Source: Thecamonas trahens ATCC 50062
Taxonomy: Eukaryota > Protista > Apusomonadida
DNA length: 64,000 nt
Reading direction: 5' to 3'
NCBI RefSeq assembly: GCF_000142905.1
Contig: NW_013657642.1
Location: 131,851 to 195,850 of the forward strand
Within the stretch, counting starts at the first letter, position 1, and every line of letters starts with the position of its first letter. Under the pieces are notes generated by a model. It had not been told where the DNA came from. It did not search any database and saw nothing but the letters and a program-made list of their open reading frames with translations. Shown here in pieces: positions 42,877 through 55,003 of this stretch. The translations under genes were made by a program, and so were the position numbers.

Positions 42877-43380
42877 TCACGACGACGATGGCGCCGCAGC
42901 CACCACCGCGTCCAGATCAGTCTGGAGCTTGTCGTCAGCCAACGCGACCGAGCGGGGAGGAGGAAGAAAGGAGGCAAGGCGGTGGCCAGCGCCCCAAGCG
43001 ACGGCGACAGCCATGAGCGACGAGGTCGGGACGATGCCGGCGGCGGTGGCGACGTGGGCGAGCGAGAGACCCCAAAGATAGATGACGACGGCGAGGACGG
43101 CCTCGACCATCCGCACGCCGCGAACAAGCTGTGCGGCGGTGGCGTCAGAGACGGCCTGCGCCTTGCGCGTCGTCTTCTTGGCCTTGTTCAGCACCCGCTT
43201 CGCCTTGGCCCATACCACAAAGTTGCTCGGCGTGTTGAGCTTGGCCACCTTGGCCTCGGCCGTAGCAAGCGCAGCCTCCGAGACGCAGTCGTCCGTCGGC
43301 GGCGGGACAAGGCTCTTGGCGCTCTGCGAGGCGTAGCCGGTCGCCGTGTATGCGCAGGTCAGCAGCCACCAGAGCCACAT
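42877..43380 (-). CDS. GET1/WRB (CHD5-like) tail-anchored protein insertase subunit, putative
   Basis: N-terminal TM, coiled coil AEAKVAKLNTPSNFVVWAKAKRVLNK (compare the family motif F/E-x-x-W/Y-AKxxRxxxK), then two further TMs. Confidence 0.6.
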   Translation of the reverse strand: MWLWWLLTCAYTATGYASQSAKSLVPPPTDDCVSEAALATAEAKVAKLNTPSNFVVWAKAKRVLNKAKKTTRKAQAVSDATAAQLVRGVRMVEAVLAVVIYLWGLSLAHVATAAGIVPTSSLMAVAVAWGAGHRLASFLPPPRSVALADDKLQTDLDAVVAAAPSSS

Positions 43381-44388
43381 TGGTGGACGGGAAGACGAGT
43401 GAGTAGATAGCGTAGAGCTCGCGCGGGGAGGAAGGGTGGGATCATCGGCCGACCTGCAGCTGATTCGAGTCGAGCGCAAAGGCGGAGGCAACTGCGCGAG
43501 CTGCTGTAGCCGAACATCGGAATCAGCCAGAACGGTTGTAGAGTAGGCCTTCGCTGCCTCTGCTCGGATTGCGCCATTGGTATTGTGATCGCTAGGCGAT
43601 GAACCATTCCCCGGCCGCCCCCTCCAACAACAACAACAACAACAACAACAACTGCTGGCGCAGCGGCCTTTGGCGTGGCGCCAAGCGGAGGTAGCACTGC
43701 GACGACGACAGCGAGGCTACGGGCGGAAAGGGAAGACAGGCCATCGCCGACTGCGAAAGTCCTCGAGGTGCAGATCGGGCAGCTCGATGAAAGTGATGGG
43801 GTGCTTAGTGGTAGAGCATGACAGGGCGGAGCCTTGCGCCATTTTGGGAAATATGGAGTGGCAGGTACGCGGAAGCAGACCAGAAACAGACACTACTACC
43901 CACCGCACCCAGACCGCATACTCCAGTGCTGCATGCTCCAGTGTTGCTGCAGTAGTGCACACACCACAGCAGAGGAGAAAGCAAGTGCTACCAAAAAGGC
44001 ACCAACTACAAAGCTACGAAACACATATCTTGCATCATAGTCACATCCCACCATTGCCATCGCCCATAGAGAGCTCACACTCGCTCCAATCGTCGCTGAC
44101 CGTCATCGTCCTGGCCTGAGCGGCCCGCAGTTTGATGAGCAGCATGGCCCGGCCCGCACCACCCGCTCGCCTCAAACCAACTCAGACGGACAAACTACAT
44201 AAAAGCGTCGAGCCAAACAGCTCTGCCACCGATGGACGCCATTACTGGGGCAAGAGCATCGGCCGAGGCACCTGGCCTACATCACGATAGAACATTGGCA
44301 GGCACTTGGCCTCTACAATAAGTAAACAAGGGATGACAACCATGCACTGGCGAGGAAAAAAGCCAAGGAAAGTGGCAGAGGGGGAAAG

Positions 44389-44423
<35 letters not shown>

Positions 44424-44428
44424 AAAAA

Positions 44429-44732
44429 NNNNNNNNNNNNNNNNNNNNNNNNNNNNNNNNNNNNNNNNNNNNNNNNNNNNNNNNNNNNNNNNNNNNNNNN
44501 NNNNNNNNNNNNNNNNNNNNNNNNNNNNNNNNNNNNNNNNNNNNNNNNNNNNNNNNNNNNNNNNNNNNNNNNNNNNNNNNNNNNNNNNNNNNNNNNNNNN
44601 NNNNNNNNNNNNNNNNNNNNNNNNNNNNNNNNNNNNNNNNNNNNNNNNNNNNNNNNNNNNNNNNNNNNNNNNNNNNNNNNNNNNNNNNNNNNNNNNNNNN
44701 NNNNNNNNNNNNNNNNNNNNNNNNNNNNNNNN
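44429..44732. other. Assembly gap flanked by poly-G
   Basis: Directly visible. Confidence 0.99.
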
Positions 44733-44836
44733 GATTGGCTGGAGAGGGCCGGGCACACCTAACTTGGCTCTGGCTGCAGGAGGCACCCAACAGTAGTTTT
44801 CCTCAGAGAGGGGGTAAAGCTTGTTTGCGGCGAGTC

Positions 44837-47800
44837 ATGGCGGGTATGAAGGTGGAAATAACCCACCTTCAGACCACGCGCAAGGTATGTGAGTGGGTGC
44901 GGGGGTGGGGAGAGAGAGGAAGGCGGAGGGAAGAAGATCGTGGACGAGGAGGGGAGGAGGTTGTTTCGTTGCTGTGGTACGCGTGCTTGACCAGAGAGCG
45001 ACAAGCGGTGAGCAGACAGTTTAAGAGGGGGAAGACTCACAGACTATGCTGCTTGGGTGAATGTGTGTAGGTTTTCACGCGTTGGATGAACTACCACTTG
45101 CGGTCGTCGTCTGTAGCGGTGGAGGACTGCGTCAAGGGCTTGCGAACCGGTGTGCGGTTGGCGCAGCTGCTGGACAGTCTCACGGGCTCGTCGCTCGTGT
45201 CGTCCAAGAAGTTCCAGTCGGGCTCAATGGAGTCACTCGACCGGGCGACGCGGATCCGCAACGTGCACTTGTGTCTGATGTATCTCGGTTCGACCTCGCT
45301 CTCGCTGACGGCGATCGACGCCGAGGCGTTTGTGGATGGCAAGACGGCGACGGTGCTGCAGTTCATCTGGACGCTCATTGTGCAGTACGAGGTGCTGCCG
45401 ATCACAGGCAGCTCGTCTATCAAGTCTGTCTCGCACGTCTGCCAAACACTGGTGCGCAAGGTCAACGACGCGCTGCCAGGCTACAACGTGCTCATCTCGA
45501 TCGAGTCACTCCCGCATGACTTTAAGTCCGGTCTGGTTATGGCTGCACTCTTCCACATCAAGGACTTTCGGCTGGTGGACTTTTTCGGGCTGGTGCGAAG
45601 GCGGGCGACCCAGGCAGAGGTCTTTGAGGCCGTCATTCCGCTGCTAGAGCTGCTGGACGTCCCGATGTTTCTCGACACGGCCGACTTTGAGACGCTTGAC
45701 GACTCGTTGTTTGTCACCTTTTTCTGTGCCTTCTGGAAAGCGTACAAGCAGTTTGAGCCAAGTGCAGCCGCAAGCGGGTCCGACGCAGCCGCGGGTCTCC
45801 GCGACAAGCTGACGGCAGCATACGCCAAGAAAGCCGAGCTGGAGGCCGAGCTGGCCAACGCGCGGGCGCACATTGCCTCGCTCACCGAACAGCTCTCCGA
45901 GACGCTGGCAAGTTCGGCCAAGACGGCTTCGGCCAAGGACGAGCAGGTCAAGCTGGCGCGGCAGGATGTGCGCCAGCTGGAGATGGTGGTGATGGACCTC
46001 AAGGTCGAACTTAACGCCGCGGTGGAGCGTGCCGACGCAACAGCCAAGGCGCTGAGCGACACTCTGCTGCTCGAGCGCCAGCGCGCGGCAGCGGCGACGA
46101 AGCAGGAGGTCGACGCCCCGAGCGGCCATGTGTTCCTGGCGTATGTCGACATCGAGGGCGGCATGGCGCTATGGGAGCAGGCACCCGATGTCATGTCGGA
46201 CGCGCTCTTGCTATACCATGACCACGTCGAGACTGCGGCGCGGGTCCAGCACGGGTACATGGTGCGTACCGAGGGCGACGCGATGCTCCTTGCGTTTTCG
46301 ACGGGCTCACAGGCAGTGACCTTTGCGCTCATGCTCCAGCTCGCGCTCCTCGACGCCAACTGGGACGAACAGCTGTTGCGGCTGCCGCAGGCGAGCGTGG
46401 AGACCGGGCTGGGCACCGAGGTCCTCTTCTCTGGCCTCCGAGTTGCGATTGCCATTCACGCCGGCACGCCAATGCGGTCGATCGACAAGGCTACCAAGCG
46501 AGTTGACTATCTCGGGCCGGAGCCTGCGCTTGCGCAGCTGCTGGCCTCCAAGGCGCACGGTGGACAGATTCTCGTGTCGGACACTGCGTTCGAGGGCATC
46601 GAGCCGCGCCTGTTTGAGATCCGGCCGACGCCGCTGGTCACTCCGCTGGGGGTCATCTCGCTGGCATCTGTCGAGCGCATTGTCTCGCTGACGCAACTGC
46701 TACCGGAACGCGTGGCGGACCGGCGGTTCCGTGGCTTCCGCACCTTGGCGGCTGACGAAGGAACCGGCGCTGGGGCCGGCGAGGCCGATGCGGCGTCGGT
46801 GACCGAGCGCAAGATGATGCTGCTGACCGAGCGCAACTCGACCTTTTCATCCAAGCTCAAGTCGCTCTCATCCGAGGTGGAGACTGCGTCGTCTGCGGCG
46901 CGTAAGCTTGCCAAGACGCTGTCGCGGATGCAGTACTCGACGTCGTCGAGCGGCGTCAACTCGGTCATCCGAGACTTTATGGATGAGCTCGAGTCGGTAA
47001 CCATGACTCAGCGGACACTCAACGAGCGGCTGGCCAAGACCTGCATCGAGAACGAGCAGTTTAGCGAGCACCTCTCGGCCATTGAGAGCGCGTTTGAGGA
47101 CGAGATGGCGTCTGCGCGACGGTCGCTGAAAGACCGCGAGCGGGACCTCAACATCATCAAGCAGCAGCAGCTCGAGTCAACTTCGCTCACTGTGCGCGGG
47201 CCGGGCTCGTCAGCCATGACCTCGCGCATTGCAGCGCTTTCAGACCTGCACGAGTCATACAAACGCAAGGCGCGGGCGACCGAGGTGCGCCTGCGGCAAG
47301 AACTCCGCTCGTCCAAATCCGTCATCAAGGAACTGAAGAAGGAGATCAAGGTCCTGACCTTCAAGGTCAACAATGCCATCCAGCCAGAACTCGAGGAGCT
47401 GGTATCGCTCGACTCGATCCTGGCCGACGACGACCTACCGCCTGGCGCATTTGCCAAACGCCCACCGCGTGGGCCGGCCAGAAGCCGGCTGCCGACACGA
47501 CGGACCTCGTCGCGGCTCTCGGCGGCACTCTCGGATCAGGAAACCACGTCAGTGGCGGCGAAAACCCCCCAGCGTGAGAGTGCGAGCTCACGGGCAAGCT
47601 CACGGACAAGCTCGCGCCAAGGCTCGGCTGAGAGCGTCGAGTCTGGGTGCGAGGATGACAGCGTGTTGCAGCATTCGTACTCGATGCGTCTCTTTCCGGT
47701 CTTGCCGCGGGTTGACAGCGACCGTACGCGCTCGCCGTCGTGCTCACCGTCAGCGTCGCCACCTGCTCGGAACTCCAGCAGGCGGCTGATGCGGTCGCAG

Positions 47801-48979
47801 TCGATGCGGGCGACAACCGGTCTGAGTAAGGGATCTCGCGGACGGCGGTCCCCTTCGACCGGAAAGAGCCAGCGCAGCGGCAAGTTGCGGCACTCGGCTA
47901 ACTCACCAGGACAGGATTTCCCTCCGTCGCAGTCGCGGTCTGGCTCACGCGGGCGGACCAGGTCGTCGCGATCGTCGTCACGGTCAAAGAGCAAGGCGTC
48001 GACACTGTCGTCCGTGCCTCGAAGTGCCATTCCTAAGCTTCCAAGCCTCGTCGAAGATACTGACCACCTGGCAAACTCGTGGACGCCGACGAGACGGCCA
48101 GCGTCGTCAGACTCGTCCCAGCGTTCGCTGTCCGCATCATGGTCCGAGCACGAGTCTGCAACGTCGTCTCGCGCGCTCCCGCTCGCGCGCGACATCCGCG
48201 AGCTTGTCCGCGAACTGCGCGGCGAGGCGCTCAATGCTTTGCACAAGGCGCACAAGAACCCGCCGTCGAAGAGTGAGCACAAGGAGGCGATTGCGTCGTC
48301 TGTCAACAGGATCTTGGGCCTTGCGTTTTCGCCGACGCACGCGCCGTTCCCGATCCTGCGCTGCGTCGAGCTTGTGACCCACGGCCTGATCAAGGTGTAC
48401 AGCGGAGTGGATCTGCTGTACGCCTTCAAGCTGCTGGTGGGCGAGCTCGTCAACTCGAACCGGCTCTCGGACGAGAGCATCGACTTTGTGGTCAATGAGA
48501 TCGGGACGAGCCGAGGCATCTTTGCCAAGCCCGAGTGGAAGGCTAAGTTTGACTCGTACCTCGCCGGCCTCCGCAAGATGTCGCGAAAGACCAGGAAGCG
48601 AGACCGTCAGCTGCGGCATCGTCGGTCTTCCACCGATATGCAGCCACTGCCGAGGCATCGTTCAGAGCTGGACCGCTTTGGCAGCGTTGGCAGCCTGGCA
48701 GTCTTCCCGTCGAGCACTCTCGAATCGGCCACAAGCCTCACCCTCACTAGCAGCTCGTCGCCATGGTCGGGCACCTTTGGCAACGAGTCGAGCGATCTGC
48801 TGCCGTACGAGGCGAAGCAGGCCGACGACGATGAGTTTGCCAGCTCGTCGGGGACGGGCGATGCAGACCAGTATGGGTACTCGAGTGACGGCACTGATAG
48901 CTGCAGGAGCGCGAACGAGAGCTTGAGCTTGAGCGAGAGCGAGAGCGCGAGCGTGAGCGGGTGGGAAGACTCGCAATGA
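44837..48979 (+). CDS. Tandem calponin-homology (actin-binding) + coiled coil + class III adenylyl-cyclase-like domain + coiled coil + Ser/Arg-rich tail; exon1 44837-44884, intron 44885-45070
   Basis: Splicing (GTATGT..GTAG) yields RK|VFTRWMNYHL, then LRTGVRLAQLL, FVDGKTATVLQFIWTLI and DFKSGLVMAALF (CH1/CH2). Cyclase motifs: FLAYVDIEG, LWE, GYMVRTEGDA, GLRVAIAIHAG, RVDYLGP and AHGGQILVS. Confidence 0.9.
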
Positions 48980-49169
48980 AGCTCGCTGATCAAAGTGTGG
49001 CGTCAACCCAAAGCGGACAGTCTGACAGCCATCCCGGGCCGGAAGAGCCGGTCGGTGGCAGGGACGTGTGACTTTGAGGAGGGGGCGAGGGGGGAGGGGC
49101 GAGGGGCGAAGGGCGAGAAGAGCCACTTGACTTGCAAGACAGAGAAGGAAGAGACTACCTGGCTACAGT

Positions 49170-52100
49170 ATGCTGGGAGGGGGCGCGTCCGAGTCGTCGC
49201 AGCTGCTGCCTGTGGCTGCAGCACGGACGTCTGTGCAGGCGGCGAGCAGCGGGCTGGGCCTCGGCCATGACGACGGTAGCCATGGTGGCGGCGTCGAACA
49301 CAACCAGTTGGGCACCATCAATGGTGCTTATGTCCCTGTCCTGCTCAACGTCATGGGCGTCATCCTGTTCCTCCGCCTCTCGTGGGGTGTCGGTCAGCTC
49401 GGCGTTCTCGGCATGTACGCGTGTGTGTGTGTGCAAGGGGGGGGGGGGGGGNNNNNNNNNNNNNNNNNNNNNNNNNNNNNNNNNNNNNNNNNNNNNNNNN
49501 NNNNNNNNNNNNNNNNNNNNNNNNNNNNNNNNNNNNNNNNNNNNNNNNNNNCATCAGAGCGGATCGACGGCAGCGAGCGCGGATGAAGGTAGGAGTCCGA
49601 AGATCGGCTGGCGAGATGACTCGACTGTCCTCCTCCCCCATCCTGGTAGTCTCGATCAAACCTGTCCGCTCGAAGCAGCTCCACCAGCTCATCCCGCTCG
49701 TCCAATCCATCGCTCTTCACTTCACGGCTCTCGTTGGTAGCAGTACTACCGACTCCCCCACCAGAGCCTAGTCCTTGACTCACTCATCCGCCGCTACCCC
49801 CATCTCAGGCTCGGCCACCAGCTCGCCGTCGTCCCCTGTTGTTGATGCCACAGGTGAAGGATCGGTGGCAGGGACGTGTGACTGGGGGGGAGGGGGCGAG
49901 ACGAGGGGGGGAGCTTGACTTACGGTGTGCAATGTGTGGGCTGTTGGCTCTATCTGCTGTGCTCTACACGGCGGTGCTCTCTTTCTCGACTGGGCGATGT
50001 GCTGGTTCTTGGTGATTGGCTTACAGGTTGGCGTTCTTCGTCATCGCCGAGACGCAGGCGATCCTGACGGTGCTGTCGCTGTCAGCGATTGTGTCGAACG
50101 GCAACATGCGTGGTGGTGGTCCGTACTACATGATTTCGCGAAACCTGGGGCCGGAACTGGGCGGAGCTGTGGGGACTTTGTTCTACTCGGCGTACGCGGT
50201 GGGCGCCACGTTCTACGTCATCGGCCTGGCAACTGCGGTGAAGGACACATTCTTCAAGGACTCGACGCAGCCGCACCTGCTGCTGATGCTCGGCACGATC
50301 GGGCTGTTTGTCATCCTGCTGGTGGCGCTAGGCGGAGCCGAGTTCTTCACCAAGATCAACGTGCTGCTGTTCATGGTGCAGTTTGGCTCGATTGCGGTGG
50401 GCATGGTTGCTATGATGATGCCGGGCAAGAAAACGCTCGAGCACGGTGGCGAGTATCTGGGCCCGTCGACGACGACGCTGCGGGCAAACCTCAAGCCGGA
50501 CTACACGTACGACTCGGGGTGCGGCGGCATGTGCAACTTTGCGACGGTCATGTCGCTCATCTGGGCATCAGCCTCGGGCCTCTCTGAGGGCGCCAACCTC
50601 TCAGGCGACCTCAAGGATCCGGCCAAGTCAATTCCGCTAGGCACACTTGGGGCGGTGGCCACGTCGATCATCATCTACCTGACGATGGTGATCCAGTTTG
50701 GGGCGGCGTTTCCGCGAAAGACGCTGCAGGAGAACACCAACGCGTTCCAGGACGCGTGCTTCTCGCAGTATATTGTGGTAGTGGGCGTGATCATCTCGAC
50801 GGCGTCCTCTGCACTCGGCGCGCTGTTTGGCGGCTCGCGGCTGCTCCAGGCCATTGCCGTCGACGAGCTCTTCCCCATCAAGTTCTTTTCCAAGGGCTCG
50901 CGCAAGGGCAACGAGCCACGGCGTGCAGTGCTGTTCACCTGGTTTGTGGCGCAGTGCGGGCTTTTCATCGGCGACCTCGACGCGGTGGCGCCCATCATCA
51001 CAGCCTTTTTCTGCCTCTCATACGCCTTTATCAACATCTCGTGCTTCCTCATGGCGGTCTCGGGCACAATCAACTTTCGGCCTCGGTTCAAGTACTACTC
51101 GTGGCACCTGTCGCTCTTTGGCGGTGTGCTCAACGTCATTGTCATGTTCTACCTCAACTACTGGTACGCGACGGCGTCGATCGGCGCCATGATCCTCATC
51201 CTGGTGTACCTCATGTATAAGGCGCCGCAGACTGAGTGGGGCGATGTCCGCCAGGCCATCATCTTCCACCAGGTCCGCAAGTACTTGCTTCAGCTCGACA
51301 CCCGGACTACGCACGGAAAGCTGTGGCGGCCGTCGCTCCTGCTCTACGTCGACAATCTCGACGGGCCGCTCGTCTCGTTCTGCAACTCGCTCAAGAAGGG
51401 TGGCGTGTACATCCTCGGCACGGTGGTGCTCGGCGAGTACGCCCGGCACGCGGCCGAGGTGAAGGAGATCAAGGGTGCTTGGCTGAGGTTTATCGACCAG
51501 ACCGGCATCAAGGCCTTCCCGCAGATCTGCAACGCGCCGAGTGCGCGGCTGGGCTACCAGTCCCTGCTGCAAATGTCCGGGCTCGGAGCCATGACTCCCA
51601 ACACCGTTGTGCTCCCCATGTACGACGAGAGCGCGCGCGAGGAGGGTTTTGCCGCAGGCACCATCGGCGGCGCAGGTAGCGCCGGCCGCTCGCTGACCGC
51701 CTTCTACTGCCGCTCGATGGTGGCGCTGGCGCACGAGCGGTGGGAGTCGTCGTTCCTCAACACCGCCGTGGAGAGCGAGGCCGAGTACGTCGGCATGCTC
51801 CACGACATCCTGTGTGAGGACAAGAACATGGTGGTGGCTCAGAACTTCGACCTCCTCGACGAGGCTGCGGTGGCAAGCAAGACCATGACCATCGACGTGT
51901 GGATGACCCAGCCACATGCGTCCGAAGTGTGGGCCTCGTTTGCACAAGAGTCGCTCTTCATGCTCCAGATGGCGCACATCCTCGTGGCCAAGAAGCACAC
52001 CGCCATCCGGGTTATGCGCGTGGTCGAGCCCGGGACCGACGTCGCCGCAGAGCGGGCGCGGGTCGCCGAGCTGGTTGCCGAGTCTCGCATCGACATCCAC

Positions 52101-52451
52101 TCGATCAACATTGTTGTCTTTGATCCCACCGACGTCGTCCAAACCTCGGACGCCGCCGCCGCCGCGCGGAAGCGGATGGTCGCCGAGGACGCACTCGTCT
52201 CGTTTGACGTCCTCGCCCTCCTCAACGCCGCGATGCGGGCCCACTCCAAGGGCGCCAACGACGGTGGGAGCACCTACCTCTGCTTTGCTCCGCTCCCCTC
52301 GCTCCCCTCGCTCTCGCCTGACAGCGAGGCATCCGAGGCCGACATCGCCACAGCCTACCTCGAGTCGATGCGGGTCTTGACTGAGGGCCTTCCGGCCACC
52401 GCGCTTGTGGCCACCGGCGGCTCGGAATCTATCATGTCGCGCGACATCTAG
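49170..52451 (+). CDS. Cation-chloride cotransporter family (SLC12A9-like); exon1 49170-49414, intron 49415-50026 (contains a gap), exon2 50027-52451
   Basis: LGTINGAYVPVLLNVMGVILFLRLSWGVGQLG, LSLSAIVSNG, GGGPYYMISRNLGPELGGAVG, GANLSGDLKDPAKSIPLGT, NFRPRF, HQVRKYLL and KLWRP. A GTACGC..ACAG junction restores GM|LAFF. Confidence 0.94.
49452..49551. other. Assembly gap inside the SLC12 intron
   Basis: Directly visible. Confidence 0.99.
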
Positions 52452-52615
52452 CGTCATGCAGTCTCAGCCGTGTGTCGTACCTTGTGTAAAGCAGGCTAGC
52501 GCCATGACCCGGACCGGCGAGCACTTGTCGTCGCCAACGCGGACACAGGCCGGTGCCGAGAGGGCAAGAACAAGATAGCAGGCATACAAACACACGCACA
52601 AGCATACACATAATC

Positions 52616-53569
52616 ATGAGCGCGGGTATGGGTTTTGGCGAGAGTATGTCGGCGCTGCTGACGCCGCCACCGGGTCTGACTCTGGTGGTGGTAGACGGCG
52701 GGCTGGGAGCCGGGAGCGATGCGCTGGCAGGACGGCAAGCGGTGCGGAAGCTGTTGCTGGGCGTGGCGGGGCAGGGCGGGGCAGGAGGCACTGAAGGATG
52801 CCTGGCAGTCGTTCCGTCGCTTCCACTGTCGGCGCGGCGGGCGGCGGCGGCGGTCGGCGCGCGATGTGTGGTGCCGGCCGGCGTAGCCTTTGCTGAGCCA
52901 TCGGTGTACGCCGAGGCGCTGGTGGCCGCGGTAGGCACGGCCGCAGCCGAGAGTGGCGGGGGAGCCAGACGCATTTTGTGGATCGAGGCCGTGGATGAGC
53001 TGGCAGTGCGGGTGACGGAGCCGTACGAGCTGGCGGACTTGCTGAGGCGGGCGATGGCGGCGGCAGGCGGCGGCGCTTGCATCGCAGTTGGATATGCCGA
53101 GCCACCAGCGAGCGTGCTGGCCACGGCGGTGTGTGTGGCGCGCATCACAAGTTGCGACAGGCGAGTTGTGGTGAAGATCAGTGGCCGCAGCGGTGCGAGC
53201 GGCGGCGGGCTGGTGGACATCGTGGAAGAGCTGCCGGGCTCTGGGTCCTGGGACGCCGTGGCGGTGAGTCAGGCCGACGCGTACGCCGAGGCAGAGGTGA
53301 GCAGCAGCGTCGCGGTAGAGGCGCGGTCCGACTCGGATGACGAGATGGATGACGGTTCGCAGCCGACGCGCACACTCAGCTTTGACGACTATGGCGACGT
53401 TGAGGGTGGGCTCGATGCCACGGAAGTGCTCGACGCCACGTTCCGTCTTGGGCGGAGCGAAGCCGAAGAGGCGGCGCGGGCGGCACTGAAGCTGCCGTTC
53501 GAGGGCGGGATGGCGGGGAGAGGAGGCGGAGATGGCGGCGTGGATGCAGACGATGACCTGGATGTGTAG
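52616..53569 (+). CDS. ELP5: Elongator complex subunit 5-like
   Basis: C-terminal ATFRLGRSEAEEAARAALKLPF...DADDDLDV matches my recollection of the Elp5 signature (TFnL.lse.e..ar..l.LPf ... dpDDDLDi); the N-terminal part is divergent. Confidence 0.72.
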   Translation: MSAGMGFGESMSALLTPPPGLTLVVVDGGLGAGSDALAGRQAVRKLLLGVAGQGGAGGTEGCLAVVPSLPLSARRAAAAVGARCVVPAGVAFAEPSVYAEALVAAVGTAAAESGGGARRILWIEAVDELAVRVTEPYELADLLRRAMAAAGGGACIAVGYAEPPASVLATAVCVARITSCDRRVVVKISGRSGASGGGLVDIVEELPGSGSWDAVAVSQADAYAEAEVSSSVAVEARSDSDDEMDDGSQPTRTLSFDDYGDVEGGLDATEVLDATFRLGRSEAEEAARAALKLPFEGGMAGRGGGDGGVDADDDLDV

Positions 53570-53674
53570 GGTGGCAGCCCGCGACCGGCGGCAATGAAAC
53601 GCTGCCAACTGGCTCCACGCGTAGTCGTGAGATGTGCAGATGGGTTTAAGAATGCAGGGGAGAAGGAGAGAGGA

Positions 53675-54301
53675 TTAGATCATGTTGCGGCCGGCTGGGC
53701 CGTCAACAATGAGCTGGTCGTTGTCATCATAGTAGTAGTAGGAGAACGAAGCCTCGAGACCCTTCTTGTAATCGTCGATGCGCTTGGTGAGGACGAGAGC
53801 GGCGACGAGGCAAAAGACCTGGACGGCAGCCGAGAGAAAGCCGACGATGTAGACAAAGACGAGCTTCTCCTCAACCCACTTTGTGATGGCGACGGCGCAC
53901 GAGTCTGTGCCAGCCGGCGGGTTGGTGCACGACGGTCCCGGGTTGTCGTTGACAGTGTAGAAGCCGCAGCAGTTGAACTTGCGCTGAACCTTGTCCTTTG
54001 TCTCGGGCGAAGCATCAAGCCAGCCCTGGTACAGCTGCTCCTCCAAGTTGCGCTTGTACGAGAGGGCCAGGATCGAGATGGAGACCTCTGCGGCCATGAT
54101 GAAGAAGAGGAAGGTAAAGTAGAGCAGCAGACACGTCCGCTTGCGCTTGTTTGTCCCCACAAACCCGCACGTGTTGAGCAGGAGCATGACAATGCCGACA
54201 GCAACCACCGCCCATGGTAGCGGGAACCCGATGAGCTCTTCTCCCCACGAGTACTTGTAGTTGGCGTAGATGCCGAGGCCGACGAGGGCAAAGCCGACAA
54301 A
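53675..54301 (-). CDS. Tetraspanin (last exon; 5' exon(s) in or beyond the gap, possibly starting at 55140)
   Basis: TM segments, GFVG, CLLLYF, AEV, large loop QRKFNCCGF...PSC...SC and TM4; CACAG acceptor at 54303-54302. Confidence 0.9.
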   Translation of the reverse strand, partial: FVGFALVGLGIYANYKYSWGEELIGFPLPWAVVAVGIVMLLLNTCGFVGTNKRKRTCLLLYFTFLFFIMAAEVSISILALSYKRNLEEQLYQGWLDASPETKDKVQRKFNCCGFYTVNDNPGPSCTNPPAGTDSCAVAITKWVEEKLVFVYIVGFLSAAVQVFCLVAALVLTKRIDDYKKGLEASFSYYYYDDNDQLIVDGPAGRNMI

Positions 54302-54442
54302 CTGTGGGTCAGGGGAGGGGGGTGGGGGTGAGGGGGGTGAGGGAGGCAGGGGAGGGGGGGGGAGGGGGGGGAGGGGAGGGAGGGGGGGGAGGAGGAGGGG
54401 GGGGGGGGGCGGACGTACGAGTGAACGAGGCGAGTTGAGGGT

Positions 54443-55003
54443 NNNNNNNNNNNNNNNNNNNNNNNNNNNNNNNNNNNNNNNNNNNNNNNNNNNNNNNNNN
54501 NNNNNNNNNNNNNNNNNNNNNNNNNNNNNNNNNNNNNNNNNNNNNNNNNNNNNNNNNNNNNNNNNNNNNNNNNNNNNNNNNNNNNNNNNNNNNNNNNNNN
54601 NNNNNNNNNNNNNNNNNNNNNNNNNNNNNNNNNNNNNNNNNNNNNNNNNNNNNNNNNNNNNNNNNNNNNNNNNNNNNNNNNNNNNNNNNNNNNNNNNNNN
54701 NNNNNNNNNNNNNNNNNNNNNNNNNNNNNNNNNNNNNNNNNNNNNNNNNNNNNNNNNNNNNNNNNNNNNNNNNNNNNNNNNNNNNNNNNNNNNNNNNNNN
54801 NNNNNNNNNNNNNNNNNNNNNNNNNNNNNNNNNNNNNNNNNNNNNNNNNNNNNNNNNNNNNNNNNNNNNNNNNNNNNNNNNNNNNNNNNNNNNNNNNNNN
54901 NNNNNNNNNNNNNNNNNNNNNNNNNNNNNNNNNNNNNNNNNNNNNNNNNNNNNNNNNNNNNNNNNNNNNNNNNNNNNNNNNNNNNNNNNNNNNNNNNNNN
55001 NNN
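54443..55003. other. Assembly gap flanked by G/C tracts
   Basis: Directly visible. Confidence 0.99.
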
